Assembly: GCA_963713865.1 (NCBI GenBank)
Contig: OY970208.1
Span: 2,592,001 to 2,656,000 of the forward strand
Reading direction: 5' to 3'
Length of the DNA stretch: 64,000 nucleotides
Source of the DNA: an uncultured candidate division Zixibacteria bacterium
Lineage (GTDB): Bacteria; Zixibacteria; MSB-5A5; RBG-16-43-9
Position numbers and translations under genes: made by a program. Positions 19,378 to 30,865 of the stretch are shown piece by piece (within the stretch, counting starts at the first letter, position 1; every line of letters starts with the position of its first letter). Under the pieces are notes generated by a model. It was not told the DNA's origin. It did no database searches and worked only from the letters and a program-made list of their open reading frames with translations.

Positions 19378-20685
19378 TCAATATCTAAAAGACCAGGAAG
19401 GATTATAATTTCCTCCTCCGGAAGTAATGGCTTTCTGATTGGAACCATCCCAGTTCATAATGTAGACCTCATACTTTCCTGTCCGATTGGAGCTGAAAAC
19501 CAAGTGATACCCGTCCGGCGACCAGGAAGGATTTTCATTATTACCACCATAAGTAAGTCTTCTCAAATTCTCTCCGGTAACATCGATGGTGTAGACATCA
19601 AATCCTGAACTGGTTCGAACCACAAAAGCGATCTTATCCCCTTTTGGGGACCAGGCAGGTGAATCGCAGTAATCTAAATCATAAGTCAGCCTGCGGATGT
19701 TGCTTCCCTGAATATCCATAATATATACCTGGGGAGAGCCAGTTCGATCTGAAGTGAAGACTATCTCATTACCGTTTGGAGAAAAAGAGGGTGAGGATTC
19801 TATAGCAGAGCTATTGGTCAATCTTCGGATGATTTTCCCGGATTGGTCAATTAGATATATCTCCGGATTACCATCCTTGCTCAAAGTCAATCCTATATTT
19901 TTACCATCTGGAGACCAGGCTGGTGCAGAATTCAATCCTGCCTGAGAAGATAAAATCCCGTTCGTATTCGTTTGCAGATCCCTTATCCAGAGGTCTGGAT
20001 TCCCTTTTTTATAAGAAGTGTAAATGAGTTTTTTCCCATTTGGAGACCAGCGTGGTGACAAATCTATGGATTTATCCTCAGTGACCCTTTTAATATTAAA
20101 ACCGTCATAATCTGAGATATAAATCTCCTTATTACCGCTTCGAGTGGAGACAAAAGCAATCCTGGTATTAAAAATCCCCTTTTCTCCAGTTAACTCCAAA
20201 ACTAAATCATCCGAGATAGTATGAGCTAATCCTCTGTAATTACCTGAGGAGGTTTTATACGATTTCGAATAGACCTTTTTCCCTTTTATCACCTCATAGA
20301 GAGAAACCTCAGTTATTATCTCCTCGTCTCTTAGTTCCAGCTCACCGGCAAGAACCATCTGCACCCCTAACTTATACCAGCCTTCAAGATTCAAAGGATT
20401 ATCCCCAACCACTTCTTTTGTGAAAGAATCGATCTCCGCTACATAGAACAAAAGTGAGAAATCCAGGTTTTCTCTTATTATCTGAGGAACCTGGTAAGAT
20501 AATTTTTTTTCTTCAGCCGAAAACCCTTTTTTCTTAGGGGAAAAATCAGTAACCGCAATGTCCAGAGGCTCTGCCCCACCCACTGGCATCTTCATATATA
20601 TCTCAGTCTGGGCAGAAACAGTTTTAAAACTAATCAAATAAAAAAGGAGATATATTACTACCATCCAAAGCTTTAGCTTTCTCAT
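19378..20685 (-). CDS. tolB: Tol-Pal beta-propeller protein TolB
   Basis: TolB_N followed by PD40 repeats (SPRWSPNG, PAWSPDG, PSFSPNG). Confidence 0.95.
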   Translation of the reverse strand: MRKLKLWMVVIYLLFYLISFKTVSAQTEIYMKMPVGGAEPLDIAVTDFSPKKKGFSAEEKKLSYQVPQIIRENLDFSLLFYVAEIDSFTKEVVGDNPLNLEGWYKLGVQMVLAGELELRDEEIITEVSLYEVIKGKKVYSKSYKTSSGNYRGLAHTISDDLVLELTGEKGIFNTRIAFVSTRSGNKEIYISDYDGFNIKRVTEDKSIDLSPRWSPNGKKLIYTSYKKGNPDLWIRDLQTNTNGILSSQAGLNSAPAWSPDGKNIGLTLSKDGNPEIYLIDQSGKIIRRLTNSSAIESSPSFSPNGNEIVFTSDRTGSPQVYIMDIQGSNIRRLTYDLDYCDSPAWSPKGDKIAFVVRTSSGFDVYTIDVTGENLRRLTYGGNNENPSWSPDGYHLVFSSNRTGKYEVYIMNWDGSNQKAITSGGGNYNPSWSFRY

Positions 20686-20697
20686 ATTTTTTTTAAT

Positions 20698-21396
20698 TTA
20701 AGGTAAAAATTCAAATTCCAGATGAATACCCAGCCACTCGCCTTTATATTCCTGTGGCAGAGGAGGTAAAGGGTCAGCGGAAAGTACTGCCCGAAGAGCT
20801 AACTGGTCAAAGATTGCAATCCCGGAAGAATTTTCAATCCTGGGTTCAACTATCTTTCCATTTTTCTGAATAATAAAGTAAATCATCGCTCTGATCGGAA
20901 GGTTAGTCTGTCTTAAAGGGTTAGTGAAATTCTCCCTGATCCTGCCAAAGGCAATATTCAGATAATAAGGTGATTCAAAATCCCCGCCTTCTACAAAAGC
21001 CGAGCCTAATCCACCACCTAAGGAAATTTCATAACCTTCTCCAGCTCCTTCCTTAGCAGAGGCACCTTTTCCTTCATCTTTTTTTGCTGAGACAGGAGTA
21101 GATTTTTTAGTCAGTTCTATTTTCTGCTGAGAAATTTTACTCTGCTTTTTTTTCTTTTGTTCAGTTTTTACTTCTTTTAAACCTATCCCTTCAGTTTTCT
21201 TGATTTCTCCAAGGGTAGCTTTTACCTCCTCCCCTTTTCCCCCTCCCATTCCACCTGTAGGTAGGCTTATCAATCCCACCCGGTAAACTTGAGGATACCC
21301 TTTTATCTGGTAATAAGCGGTAACTGGCACAAAAATAACCAACAATAGTATGAAAACGATATGAGAACTTAAGGAGATTATAATATCTTTACTCAT
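20698..21396 (-). CDS. tolA: TolA/TonB-family energy transducer
   Basis: N-terminal TM with SxxxH (SLSSH), Lys-rich linker, TonB_C-like SSG..FD..ALRAV...PLPPLP; tolQR-tolB context. Confidence 0.8.
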   Translation of the reverse strand: MSKDIIISLSSHIVFILLLVIFVPVTAYYQIKGYPQVYRVGLISLPTGGMGGGKGEEVKATLGEIKKTEGIGLKEVKTEQKKKKQSKISQQKIELTKKSTPVSAKKDEGKGASAKEGAGEGYEISLGGGLGSAFVEGGDFESPYYLNIAFGRIRENFTNPLRQTNLPIRAMIYFIIQKNGKIVEPRIENSSGIAIFDQLALRAVLSADPLPPLPQEYKGEWLGIHLEFEFLP

Positions 21397-21794
21397 TTTT
21401 TCATCTCAGGCTCAATAACCAACCCTAAGTCAGTTATACCCATCTCTTTAATCTTCCCCATGACCTCTACTACAAATCCATAAGGAACACTCGAATCCGA
21501 GCGGAGATATACCGCTTTAGCACCTTTCTTAGCTCTAAGACCCCCTAACCTCTGTTCAAATTTATTCAGAGGTGTGATCTTATCATCCACAAAGACCCTT
21601 TTCTCCTTGGTGATGGTAACTACAATCCCCTCCCCTAAGTCTTTCTGATTGGCAACTGTTTTAGGTAAATTAATATCAATTCCACTCTGCAACATAGGTG
21701 CAGTTATCATAAATATGATCAGGAGGACTAAAACCACATCCACCAAATTAGTTACGTTTATGTCGTAAAGTGCCGGATAGTGCCTTTTCTTCAT
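21393..21794 (-). CDS. tolR: TolR/ExbD
   Basis: INVTNLVDVVLVLLIIFMITAP, LRSD..VPYG.VV.VM. Confidence 0.9.
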   Translation of the reverse strand: MKKRHYPALYDINVTNLVDVVLVLLIIFMITAPMLQSGIDINLPKTVANQKDLGEGIVVTITKEKRVFVDDKITPLNKFEQRLGGLRAKKGAKAVYLRSDSSVPYGFVVEVMGKIKEMGITDLGLVIEPEMKK

Positions 21795-22525
21795 AAAATC
21801 CCTTCTTTTTTAGCGGAGGTAAGGAATTCTAAGGAAAAATTATCTATGTCTGTGGAGATGAATTTCAAACGGTTGTTGAAATAGTTATATCCTATGACTG
21901 CCGGGATAGCCACTGCTAAGCCGAAAATCGTGGCAATTAAAGCTTCTGCAATCCCGGGAGCAACCACGGCTAAACTGGCTGAACCCCTTACCCCTATGCT
22001 GGCAAAGGAATCCATAACACCCCACACGGTCCCTAAAAGCCCGAAGAAGGGACTTATATTCCCGGTGGTAGCTAAAAAAACCACGTACCTTTCCAGTCGG
22101 CTAATCTCTTCAGCTCCAACTCTATCTAAGGTCATCTTAACTAACTCAGTCTTTTTCCCAGAAGTAAGTTCCTCTTCCTTCCTGGGATTATCTAAATATT
22201 CTTTTTTAGAAAACTGCTCCGACTCTTTAAATCCTGCCTCTAACATTCGGGATAGAGGAGTTCGACGTAAAGTAGCACAGGCTAAATGCGCCTCAGATAT
22301 GGTCCTGCTCTTTCTGAATGCAGCAAGAAATCTTCTGGTTTCAGTTTCTACTTTCCTGAAAACCCTGAATTTATTTATAATTATTCCCCAGGAGATCACT
22401 GAGAAAACAAGTAAAATAACCAGAATAATTTTTGCAAAAATCCCTGATTCCATAACCATACGGATTACATTCCCCTTAAATGGAGCAGGGTCAGGAGCTA
22501 ATAATAAGAGGGTAAAAAGATGCAT
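21791..22525 (-). CDS. tolQ: TolQ/ExbB
   Basis: LATTGNISPFFGLLGTVWGVM, VAPGIAEALIAT..GL.VAIPA. Confidence 0.93.
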   Translation of the reverse strand: MHLFTLLLLAPDPAPFKGNVIRMVMESGIFAKIILVILLVFSVISWGIIINKFRVFRKVETETRRFLAAFRKSRTISEAHLACATLRRTPLSRMLEAGFKESEQFSKKEYLDNPRKEEELTSGKKTELVKMTLDRVGAEEISRLERYVVFLATTGNISPFFGLLGTVWGVMDSFASIGVRGSASLAVVAPGIAEALIATIFGLAVAIPAVIGYNYFNNRLKFISTDIDNFSLEFLTSAKKEGIL

Positions 22526-22750
22526 CGTTTTCCTTTCTTTAAAAAATCAAAGATTTTTTTGTTGACAATCGTAAAACATCTTATAAATTGAGCACAATAT
22601 ATTATACCCTGTCTGAAGTTAAAAGTTCAAACCGGTTTAAAGATAATACGAAAACCAGAAGGACAGGTCAAGAAAAAAAGAAAACTGAGAGAGAATCTAT
22701 CTGGATACCGAAATTTTAAAAAAAGAAACCAAAGGGAGGTGAGAACCTAA

Positions 22751-22912
22751 ATGAAGCGTTTGATTGCCTTATTGATTGCCCTTTTCATTAGCTTAGCAAT
22801 ATTTGCCAGCTGTGGGAAAAAGGAGGAGAAGAAGACAGAGGAAACTACCACCCAACAACAGGCTCCAGCTGAATCAACAGTTGCAGACACCACCGGTGGA
22901 GGTGGAAAGTAA
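22751..22912 (+). CDS. 53-aa lipoprotein
   Basis: Not in the ORF track. MKRLIALLIALFISLAIFASC-GKKEEKKTEETTTQQQAPAESTVADTTGGGGK; GGAGGTGA RBS; lipobox; downstream terminator. Confidence 0.8.
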   Translation: MKRLIALLIALFISLAIFASCGKKEEKKTEETTTQQQAPAESTVADTTGGGGK

Positions 22913-22937
22913 CATCTATCTTTGAATCGAAAAAATT

Positions 22938-22970
22938 GGCAGTTCCGATCTCAACGGGACTGCCTTTTTT
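22938..22970 (+). terminator. Rho-independent terminator
   Basis: GGCAGTTCCG-loop-CGGGACTGCC followed by a T-run. Confidence 0.7.
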
Positions 22971-23284
22971 ATTTTCCTTCTTCCTGTATTTGTTTTATGT
23001 TAGTCTGGAGACCAACATAGAATTGAATGCCGAGCCCTAAAGGCTTGGCTACGCGTCTTCTATGTCTTTTGCAGGGGTGTATTGCGATATGACCCTGCTT
23101 TCTTAAAAAAGCAAGGTTGAAACTTGGTCTTACCTATTTTTTATTTTATAAAAAAAATACTGCCTGGCGTAGAGCCCGACAATACAGTCGGTTTTAGCCT
23201 TTAGCCTCTTGACTTTTTTTATTTGACTTTGCCTGAAATCTTGAATAGATTATTATCAAACCTTATCCAAAACGGAGGAATAAA

Positions 23285-23521
23285 ATGGAAGAGCAACCCC
23301 AGGAAAAGGAAAAAGTAGAAGAAGAAAAGCCAAAATTAAAAGAGGAGAAAATCGGAAAGGAAAAACACGAAAGGTTAAAACATGAAAATGTGATCGAATC
23401 TCAATTCAAAGAAAGGATGAAAGATTTTCGAAGGGATATGGTCAAACATGGAAAACACCTTTTCGACCGCAAGCGGAAAGATAAATTCTTAGGCGGAACC
23501 AAAGGAAGAAGAGGTGGTTGA
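23285..23521 (+). CDS. Small highly charged hypothetical protein
   Basis: GGAGG RBS, upstream TTGACT, 78-aa Glu/Lys/Arg-rich ORF. Confidence 0.6.
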   Translation: MEEQPQEKEKVEEEKPKLKEEKIGKEKHERLKHENVIESQFKERMKDFRRDMVKHGKHLFDRKRKDKFLGGTKGRRGG

Positions 23522-23605
23522 AAGTACTTTTTGGAATGTATCTGCCTGAGATGGATAGCTTTACCTTTTGGCAAATCTAAAGAGGATTTTAAAAAAACTT
23601 ACTCT

Positions 23606-23687
23606 GTCATTCTGGGGGAGAGTAGCGACCGAAGAATCTCATTAATAATAAGGAGTTTCTTCGTCCCCTACGGGGACTCAGAATGAC
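23606..23687. repeat. GTCATTCTG...CAGAATGAC palindromic repeat element
   Basis: Terminal inverted repeats with internal GAAGAATCTC/GAGTTTCTTC arms; second copy at 58030-58106; half-relative at ~41000-41036. Confidence 0.8.
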
Positions 23688-23738
23688 TCTCTATTAACAC
23701 TGGTTTTTCAACAGTCTAAAAGATTTGTTTTGCTTTAG

Positions 23739-25773
<2,035 letters not shown>

Positions 25774-25843
25774 ACATTACGCTCCTGAGGATGTTACCAT
25801 CCAGAAAAAAATGTTGAATGATAACATCCACCTTGAGTTCTGA

Positions 25844-25868
25844 GGACAGAACACTGTTCTGTCCCTAC
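25844..25868 (-). repeat. REP copy identical to the hairpin inside the RAYT gene
   Basis: GGACAGAACACTGTTCTGTCCCTAC is the exact reverse complement of 55708-55732. Confidence 0.9.
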
Positions 25869-25927
25869 ATTTAGATTCTTCAACCCTTGAACTTTTGAGC
25901 CTTTGAACCATTGAACCATTTTTAATT

Positions 25928-27634
25928 ATGAATAATCAGGATATAGCCAATATATTTTACCGCATCGCAGAGATTCTGGAGATCCAAGGAGAAAACCCTT
26001 TCAAGATCAGGGCTTATATTAAAGCTGCCCAAACTGTAGAAAGTTACACCAGAGAGCTTTCAGAGATCAAGGATACTGAGGAATTAAAAGAGCTTCCCGG
26101 TATTGGTGAAAAAATTGCACTGAAGATCAAGGAAATGATAGAAACCGGGAAATTGGAAATGTATGAAAAGCTGAAAAAATCCGAATTCGCTTCCTTGATT
26201 GCTCTTCTTGACGTGCCCGGAATGGGACCAAAACATGTAAGACTGGTTTATGATAAATTAGGAGTCAAAACCATCGACCAGCTTGAAAAAGCTGCCCGCA
26301 GGGGAAAATTAAGAGACCTCCCAGGTTTGGGAGAAAAAACTGAGCAGAATATCCTGAAAGGAATAGAACAGGACAGAAGACATAAAGAGAGATTTCCTCT
26401 GGGAGTCATCTTACCCAAAGCTGAGTCAATAGTTTCAGAGCTGAAAAAGGTAAAAGAGGTTAAAGATGTCTCTCTGGGTGGAAGTTTGAGGAGAATGAAG
26501 GAGACTATCGGAGACGTGGATATATTAGTCTCCTCTTCAAAACCGAAAAAAGTCTCTGATACTTTTATAAAATTACCAGAAGTGAAAAATGTTTTGTCTA
26601 AAGGTTCAACCAAATCCAGCGTCGTCACCAAAGATGGTTTTCAAATGGACTTAAGGGTCGTGAAACCTGAATCGTATGGTGCAGCCCTGCACTATTTCAC
26701 CGGTTCCAAAGCCCATAACATCAGGATAAGGTCTCTGGGTGTGGAGCGGGGACTGAAGATTAATGAATATGGTGTTTTTAAAGGTAAAAAGAGTATTGCC
26801 GGAAAAACTGAAGAAGAGGTTTTCAAGTCCGTGGGTCTTCCTTATATCCCGCCTGAGCTCAGGGAAGATTGGGGCGAGATCGAAGCAGCTCAAAAAGGTA
26901 AATTACCTCATCTTGTAGAATTAAAAGACATCAGAGGAGATTTGCATGTCCATTCCAACTGGACTGATGGCAGAAGCACCATCGAGGAGATGGCAAAAGC
27001 TGCACAGAAATTTGGTTATCAATATATAGCCTTATGCGACCACTCCCCCACCATCGGGATAACCAATGGACTTACTCCGGAAAGGATTGAAAAACGGAAA
27101 AAGGAGATCGATGAGCTGAACCGGAGATTCAAAGGTTTTTTCATCTTAAACGGGGCCGAGGTTGACATCAGGTCCAATGGTAAAATGGATTTTGAAGATG
27201 AGATTTTAAAGGAGTTAGACATAGTAATCGGAGCAGTGCATACCAAATTCACTCAACCCAAAGAGGAGATAACTAAAAGAATCATCCAGGCAATAGAAAA
27301 TTCAAATGTAGATATAATCGCCCATCCCACTGGAAGGCTAATTGGCAAAAGAGACCCTTATGAAGTGGATATGGATAAACTCCTGGATGCGGCTAAAGCC
27401 AATGGAAAGATTATGGAGCTGAACGCTTACCCGGACAGGCTGGATTTGAATGATTTGCACTGCAGAAAAGCCAAAGAGAAAGGAGTAAAAATCGCCATCT
27501 CCACAGATTCCCACTGGACCGAGCATCTAAGTTGGATAAGATACGGAATAGCCACCGCCCGCAGGGGCTGGCTTGAGCCAGAGGATGTGATAAACACCTT
27601 ACCCCTGGAAAAGTTGAGAACAGTTTTGAAATGA
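25928..27634 (+). CDS. polX: DNA polymerase X family with PHP domain
   Basis: ENPFKIRAY, GSLRRMKETIGDVDIL, YFTGSKAHN, PPELRE, DLHVHSNWTDG, IAHPTGR, STDSH. Confidence 0.95.
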   Translation: MNNQDIANIFYRIAEILEIQGENPFKIRAYIKAAQTVESYTRELSEIKDTEELKELPGIGEKIALKIKEMIETGKLEMYEKLKKSEFASLIALLDVPGMGPKHVRLVYDKLGVKTIDQLEKAARRGKLRDLPGLGEKTEQNILKGIEQDRRHKERFPLGVILPKAESIVSELKKVKEVKDVSLGGSLRRMKETIGDVDILVSSSKPKKVSDTFIKLPEVKNVLSKGSTKSSVVTKDGFQMDLRVVKPESYGAALHYFTGSKAHNIRIRSLGVERGLKINEYGVFKGKKSIAGKTEEEVFKSVGLPYIPPELREDWGEIEAAQKGKLPHLVELKDIRGDLHVHSNWTDGRSTIEEMAKAAQKFGYQYIALCDHSPTIGITNGLTPERIEKRKKEIDELNRRFKGFFILNGAEVDIRSNGKMDFEDEILKELDIVIGAVHTKFTQPKEEITKRIIQAIENSNVDIIAHPTGRLIGKRDPYEVDMDKLLDAAKANGKIMELNAYPDRLDLNDLHCRKAKEKGVKIAISTDSHWTEHLSWIRYGIATARRGWLEPEDVINTLPLEKLRTVLK

Positions 27635-27700
27635 TTATGGAGTGATTTCGTAGTGCGACTGGGTGGGGGTGCCATCCCCAAACTTATTTGGGGATGTAAG

Positions 27701-27991
27701 ATGAAAAAGAAAAAAAGAAAAACAAAAGATTTTCCGGTTAGAGTAAAGGTAATTAAAGTAGAGAAAAAGCCCTGTTCTTTTGGGCACAAGGCTGGAGATA
27801 CCTGGATTTTAAAAGGAGGAAAAACCGTAGAAGGTATATGCGGTTCAGCTTTTGACGTTATATTTCTTTACTGGAGGGTCTTAAGATTCGGAGGAGAGTT
27901 CCCCTGGGAAAAGGACAAAGATAAAGCTTATATCTGCTGCCCGGACCCGGAGTCCTGTGTGGTTTTCGAATTGACCAGAGTAAACAGGTAG
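27701..27991 (+). CDS. TIGR04076-family small Cys-containing protein
   Basis: VKVIKV..PCSFGHKAGD, ICGSAF, ICCPDPE..VVFEL; ATG at 27701. Confidence 0.8.
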   Translation: MKKKKRKTKDFPVRVKVIKVEKKPCSFGHKAGDTWILKGGKTVEGICGSAFDVIFLYWRVLRFGGEFPWEKDKDKAYICCPDPESCVVFELTRVNR

Positions 27992-28297
27992 AGACGCATT
28001 GCAATGCGTCTCTACAAAATATTTTAGGCGTATGCAATACGCCCCTACAAAAAAATTACGAGCAGGAGTGCAACTCCTGCCCGAGCAGGTGAGGGAAAGG
28101 TCAATGTATCGGTGGCTCAGGCATCCTGTCCTACAGACCCGTTTTAGGGCCTGAGCTTAAATGAACAGACAGGATGTCTGTTCCACCATTATCTGGTGTC
28201 AGGAGGTAACTCCTGACACCACAGAAAATATAAAGCGACCCTGTCCTGCGGTGCCTACGGCAGACGTAGTCTCCGTTTAGGAAAAGGGTCGCACTAC
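27988..28297. repeat. Dense array of six different palindromic elements
   Basis: GTAGAGACGCA, GGCGTATGCAATACGCC, GCAGGAGTGCAACTCCTGC, GGTGG..CAGGCATCCTGTC...GACAGGATGTCTG..CCACC, GGTGTCAGGAG..CTCCTGACACC, GCGACCCT..AGGGTCGC. Confidence 0.8.
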
Positions 28298-28310
28298 GAA
28301 ATATAAAAAT

Positions 28311-29162
28311 ATGAAACTCAAGGAAAATATAATCTTTTTATGGAACTGGTTTAAACAAACCTATATCCATTTCTTCTCTAAGGATAATTGTCCCTTGATG
28401 GCGGCGGGTATTTCTTTTTATTCTCTTTTATCTTTAATCCCTTTTTTCTTATTAATGATCTCTCTTTTAGGTTTTGTATTGCATTCTTCGGAGAAAGCAT
28501 CCTCCTGGGCTTATTTCCTCATAGCCAAGTCTCTACCCATCTCCACGGTCTCCTCCTTTAAGCTTATTTTCCATCTTATCCAGAAAAGAGAGGTCCTTGG
28601 TTTATTCGGCCTTTTAGGCTTGATCTGGACTGCATCCCGGATTTTCAGTGTTATCGAACAGGCTTTAAATACAGTTTGGAAAGTAAGTAAGGGACGGAGG
28701 TATCTACACAGTAAATTTATATCTGTGATTTTAGTTCCAATATCTTTATTAATCTTACTTTTATCTTTAGGTTTAACCAGCATATATACATTTGCTAAAA
28801 ACCAGAATATACCTTATTTGAATTTCAGACTCGCAGATGCTCCATTCCTGGCAAATCTCTTGGGAATATTTATCCCGATTATTTTAGGCTTATTCCTTTT
28901 CTTCTTACTCTACAAATTCATTCCTTATCGAAAAATACCCAATTCCCCTGCTTTTACCGGTGCACTCTTTGCCGCACTTTTATGGGAGCTCTCCAAACAT
29001 CTTTTTGATATCTATATAAAGAATTATGCTGGCATAGAAAAAATCTATGGCTCTTTTGGCACGATTGTAATTCTGCTTTTCTGGATTTACTATTCTGCGT
29101 TTATCCTTTTGATTGGAGCAGAGGTTGGAGCTAACTTAGAAACCCTGAGAAAAAAATCATAA
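28311..29162 (+). CDS. YihY/virulence factor BrkB family membrane protein
   Basis: AAGISFYSLLSLIP, ALNTVW, LYKFIP, IYGSFG..ILLFWIYYS..ILLIGAE. Confidence 0.92.
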   Translation: MKLKENIIFLWNWFKQTYIHFFSKDNCPLMAAGISFYSLLSLIPFFLLMISLLGFVLHSSEKASSWAYFLIAKSLPISTVSSFKLIFHLIQKREVLGLFGLLGLIWTASRIFSVIEQALNTVWKVSKGRRYLHSKFISVILVPISLLILLLSLGLTSIYTFAKNQNIPYLNFRLADAPFLANLLGIFIPIILGLFLFFLLYKFIPYRKIPNSPAFTGALFAALLWELSKHLFDIYIKNYAGIEKIYGSFGTIVILLFWIYYSAFILLIGAEVGANLETLRKKS

Positions 29163-29179
29163 AAATGAAAGGTGGAACT

Positions 29180-30808
29180 ATGAAAAATCAACTGTTAAAA
29201 GTAGTTATTTATCTATTTGTTTATATCCTTTCAACCAGCCAACCAGCGGAAGCCTGCACCAGTCTTCTGGTAACCAGAGGTGCTTCTGTAGATTCTTCGG
29301 TAATGATTACCTATACCTGCGATGGTGAGTTTCATCCACATCTGGAATATACCCCTGCCAGGGACCACAAACTGGAAGATTCGTTACAGATAACGGACTG
29401 GTCTGGAAAAGTAAGAGGTAAGATCAAACAGGTACCCCATACTTACGCAGTGGTTGACCTTATGAATGAACACCAGTTAACTATTGGCGAGACAACCTTT
29501 GACGGGCGCGAGGAATTGGAAAATCCGGATGGCCTTTTAAATTACTGGGACCTGATGCAGCTGGCACTGGAAAGAGCCAAAACTGCCAGGGAGGCAATTG
29601 AGGTTATTACTCAACTGGTTGCTGATTATGGTTATCGTTCCACGGGTGAGTCTTTTTCGATCGCAGACACTAAAGAAGTTTGGATAATGGAGATGATTGG
29701 ACCCGGTCCTGGAGGTAAAGGAGCAGAATGGGTTGCTCTCAGGATTCCAGATGGTTATATATCCTGTCACGCCAATAAATCCCGAATTGGTGAATTCCCT
29801 TTAAAAGACCCTAAAAACTGTCTTTATTCCGGGAACGTCATATCTTTTGCCATAGAAAAAGGATATTACGACCCGAAATCAGGAAAGCCTTTCCGGTTTT
29901 GTGACGCCTACTGCCCTGCTACTCCGAAAATCCAGCGGCATGCAGATGCACGCGTCTGGAGCATCTTCCGCCGGTCTGCTCCTTCAAAAAATTTCTCCCC
30001 TGATTACCACAGAGGAATCGATGGAGCAGAACCATATCCATTATGGATTAAACCTGATAAAAAACTTTCTCTTTCAGATGTTTTTGCTTTAATGCGAGAC
30101 CATTATGAGGGGACACCCTTTGATATGACCAAAGGAATCGATGCAGGTCCTTATGGCTCTCCATATCGCTGGCGTCCTTTGGATTGGACAGTCGATAGTA
30201 TTGAGTATAGTTGGGAGCGAGCGATCTCAACCCAGCAGACCGCTTTTTCATTTATCTCTCAATCCCGTTCCTGGTTACCAGATCCAGTAGGTGGCGTCCT
30301 CTGGTATGGCTTAGATGATACCTACACTTCCTGTTACATACCATTGTATTGTGGTATTGATACCATTCCAAAATCTTTTACAATCGGCAGTTTAAACAAG
30401 TTCTCCTGGGAATCTGCCTGGTGGGTTTTCAATTTCGTGGCAAATTTTGCCAACCTGAAATATTCTTATATACTACCGGAGATTCAAGCCGTGCAAAAAG
30501 ATATGGAAGGAAACTTCATGAAATTACAGCCGACAGTGGAAAAGACGGCAGTTGAACTCTCTGAATCTGATTCAAAACTTATGGTTCGTTATTTGACTGA
30601 TTACTCTGTTACTAATGCAGAAATGGTAGTATCACGTTGGAAGGAATTAGGAGAACATTTGATAACCAAATATAACGATGGTTATGTCCAGGACGAAGAA
30701 GGAGAACCACAGGAAAAAGGGTATCCTGAAACCTGGCTCAGAGAGGTTTTAAAATCAAGACCTGACCAGTTCTTATTAAAACCTGAAAAGGAAGATATGT
30801 CAAAATGA
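29180..30808 (+). CDS. Secreted peptidase family C69 (dipeptidase)
   Basis: Signal peptide ending AEA|CTS (N-terminal Cys nucleophile), MNEHQL.IGETT, GESFSIAD, RDHYEGT. Confidence 0.9.
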   Translation: MKNQLLKVVIYLFVYILSTSQPAEACTSLLVTRGASVDSSVMITYTCDGEFHPHLEYTPARDHKLEDSLQITDWSGKVRGKIKQVPHTYAVVDLMNEHQLTIGETTFDGREELENPDGLLNYWDLMQLALERAKTAREAIEVITQLVADYGYRSTGESFSIADTKEVWIMEMIGPGPGGKGAEWVALRIPDGYISCHANKSRIGEFPLKDPKNCLYSGNVISFAIEKGYYDPKSGKPFRFCDAYCPATPKIQRHADARVWSIFRRSAPSKNFSPDYHRGIDGAEPYPLWIKPDKKLSLSDVFALMRDHYEGTPFDMTKGIDAGPYGSPYRWRPLDWTVDSIEYSWERAISTQQTAFSFISQSRSWLPDPVGGVLWYGLDDTYTSCYIPLYCGIDTIPKSFTIGSLNKFSWESAWWVFNFVANFANLKYSYILPEIQAVQKDMEGNFMKLQPTVEKTAVELSESDSKLMVRYLTDYSVTNAEMVVSRWKELGEHLITKYNDGYVQDEEGEPQEKGYPETWLREVLKSRPDQFLLKPEKEDMSK

Positions 30809-30865
30809 AACTTCTAAAATAGCAATTCGTATAGATATGTATATCATAATTAAGGAGGATAGGTT

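Noticed and set aside
21894-22565. 223-aa + strand ORF
   Set aside because: Antisense shadow of tolQ; the same applies to the other short ORFs lying inside known genes.
27988-28297. Possible CRISPR or other guide array
   Set aside because: The hairpins differ from each other, with no constant repeat or regular spacer length and no cas genes.
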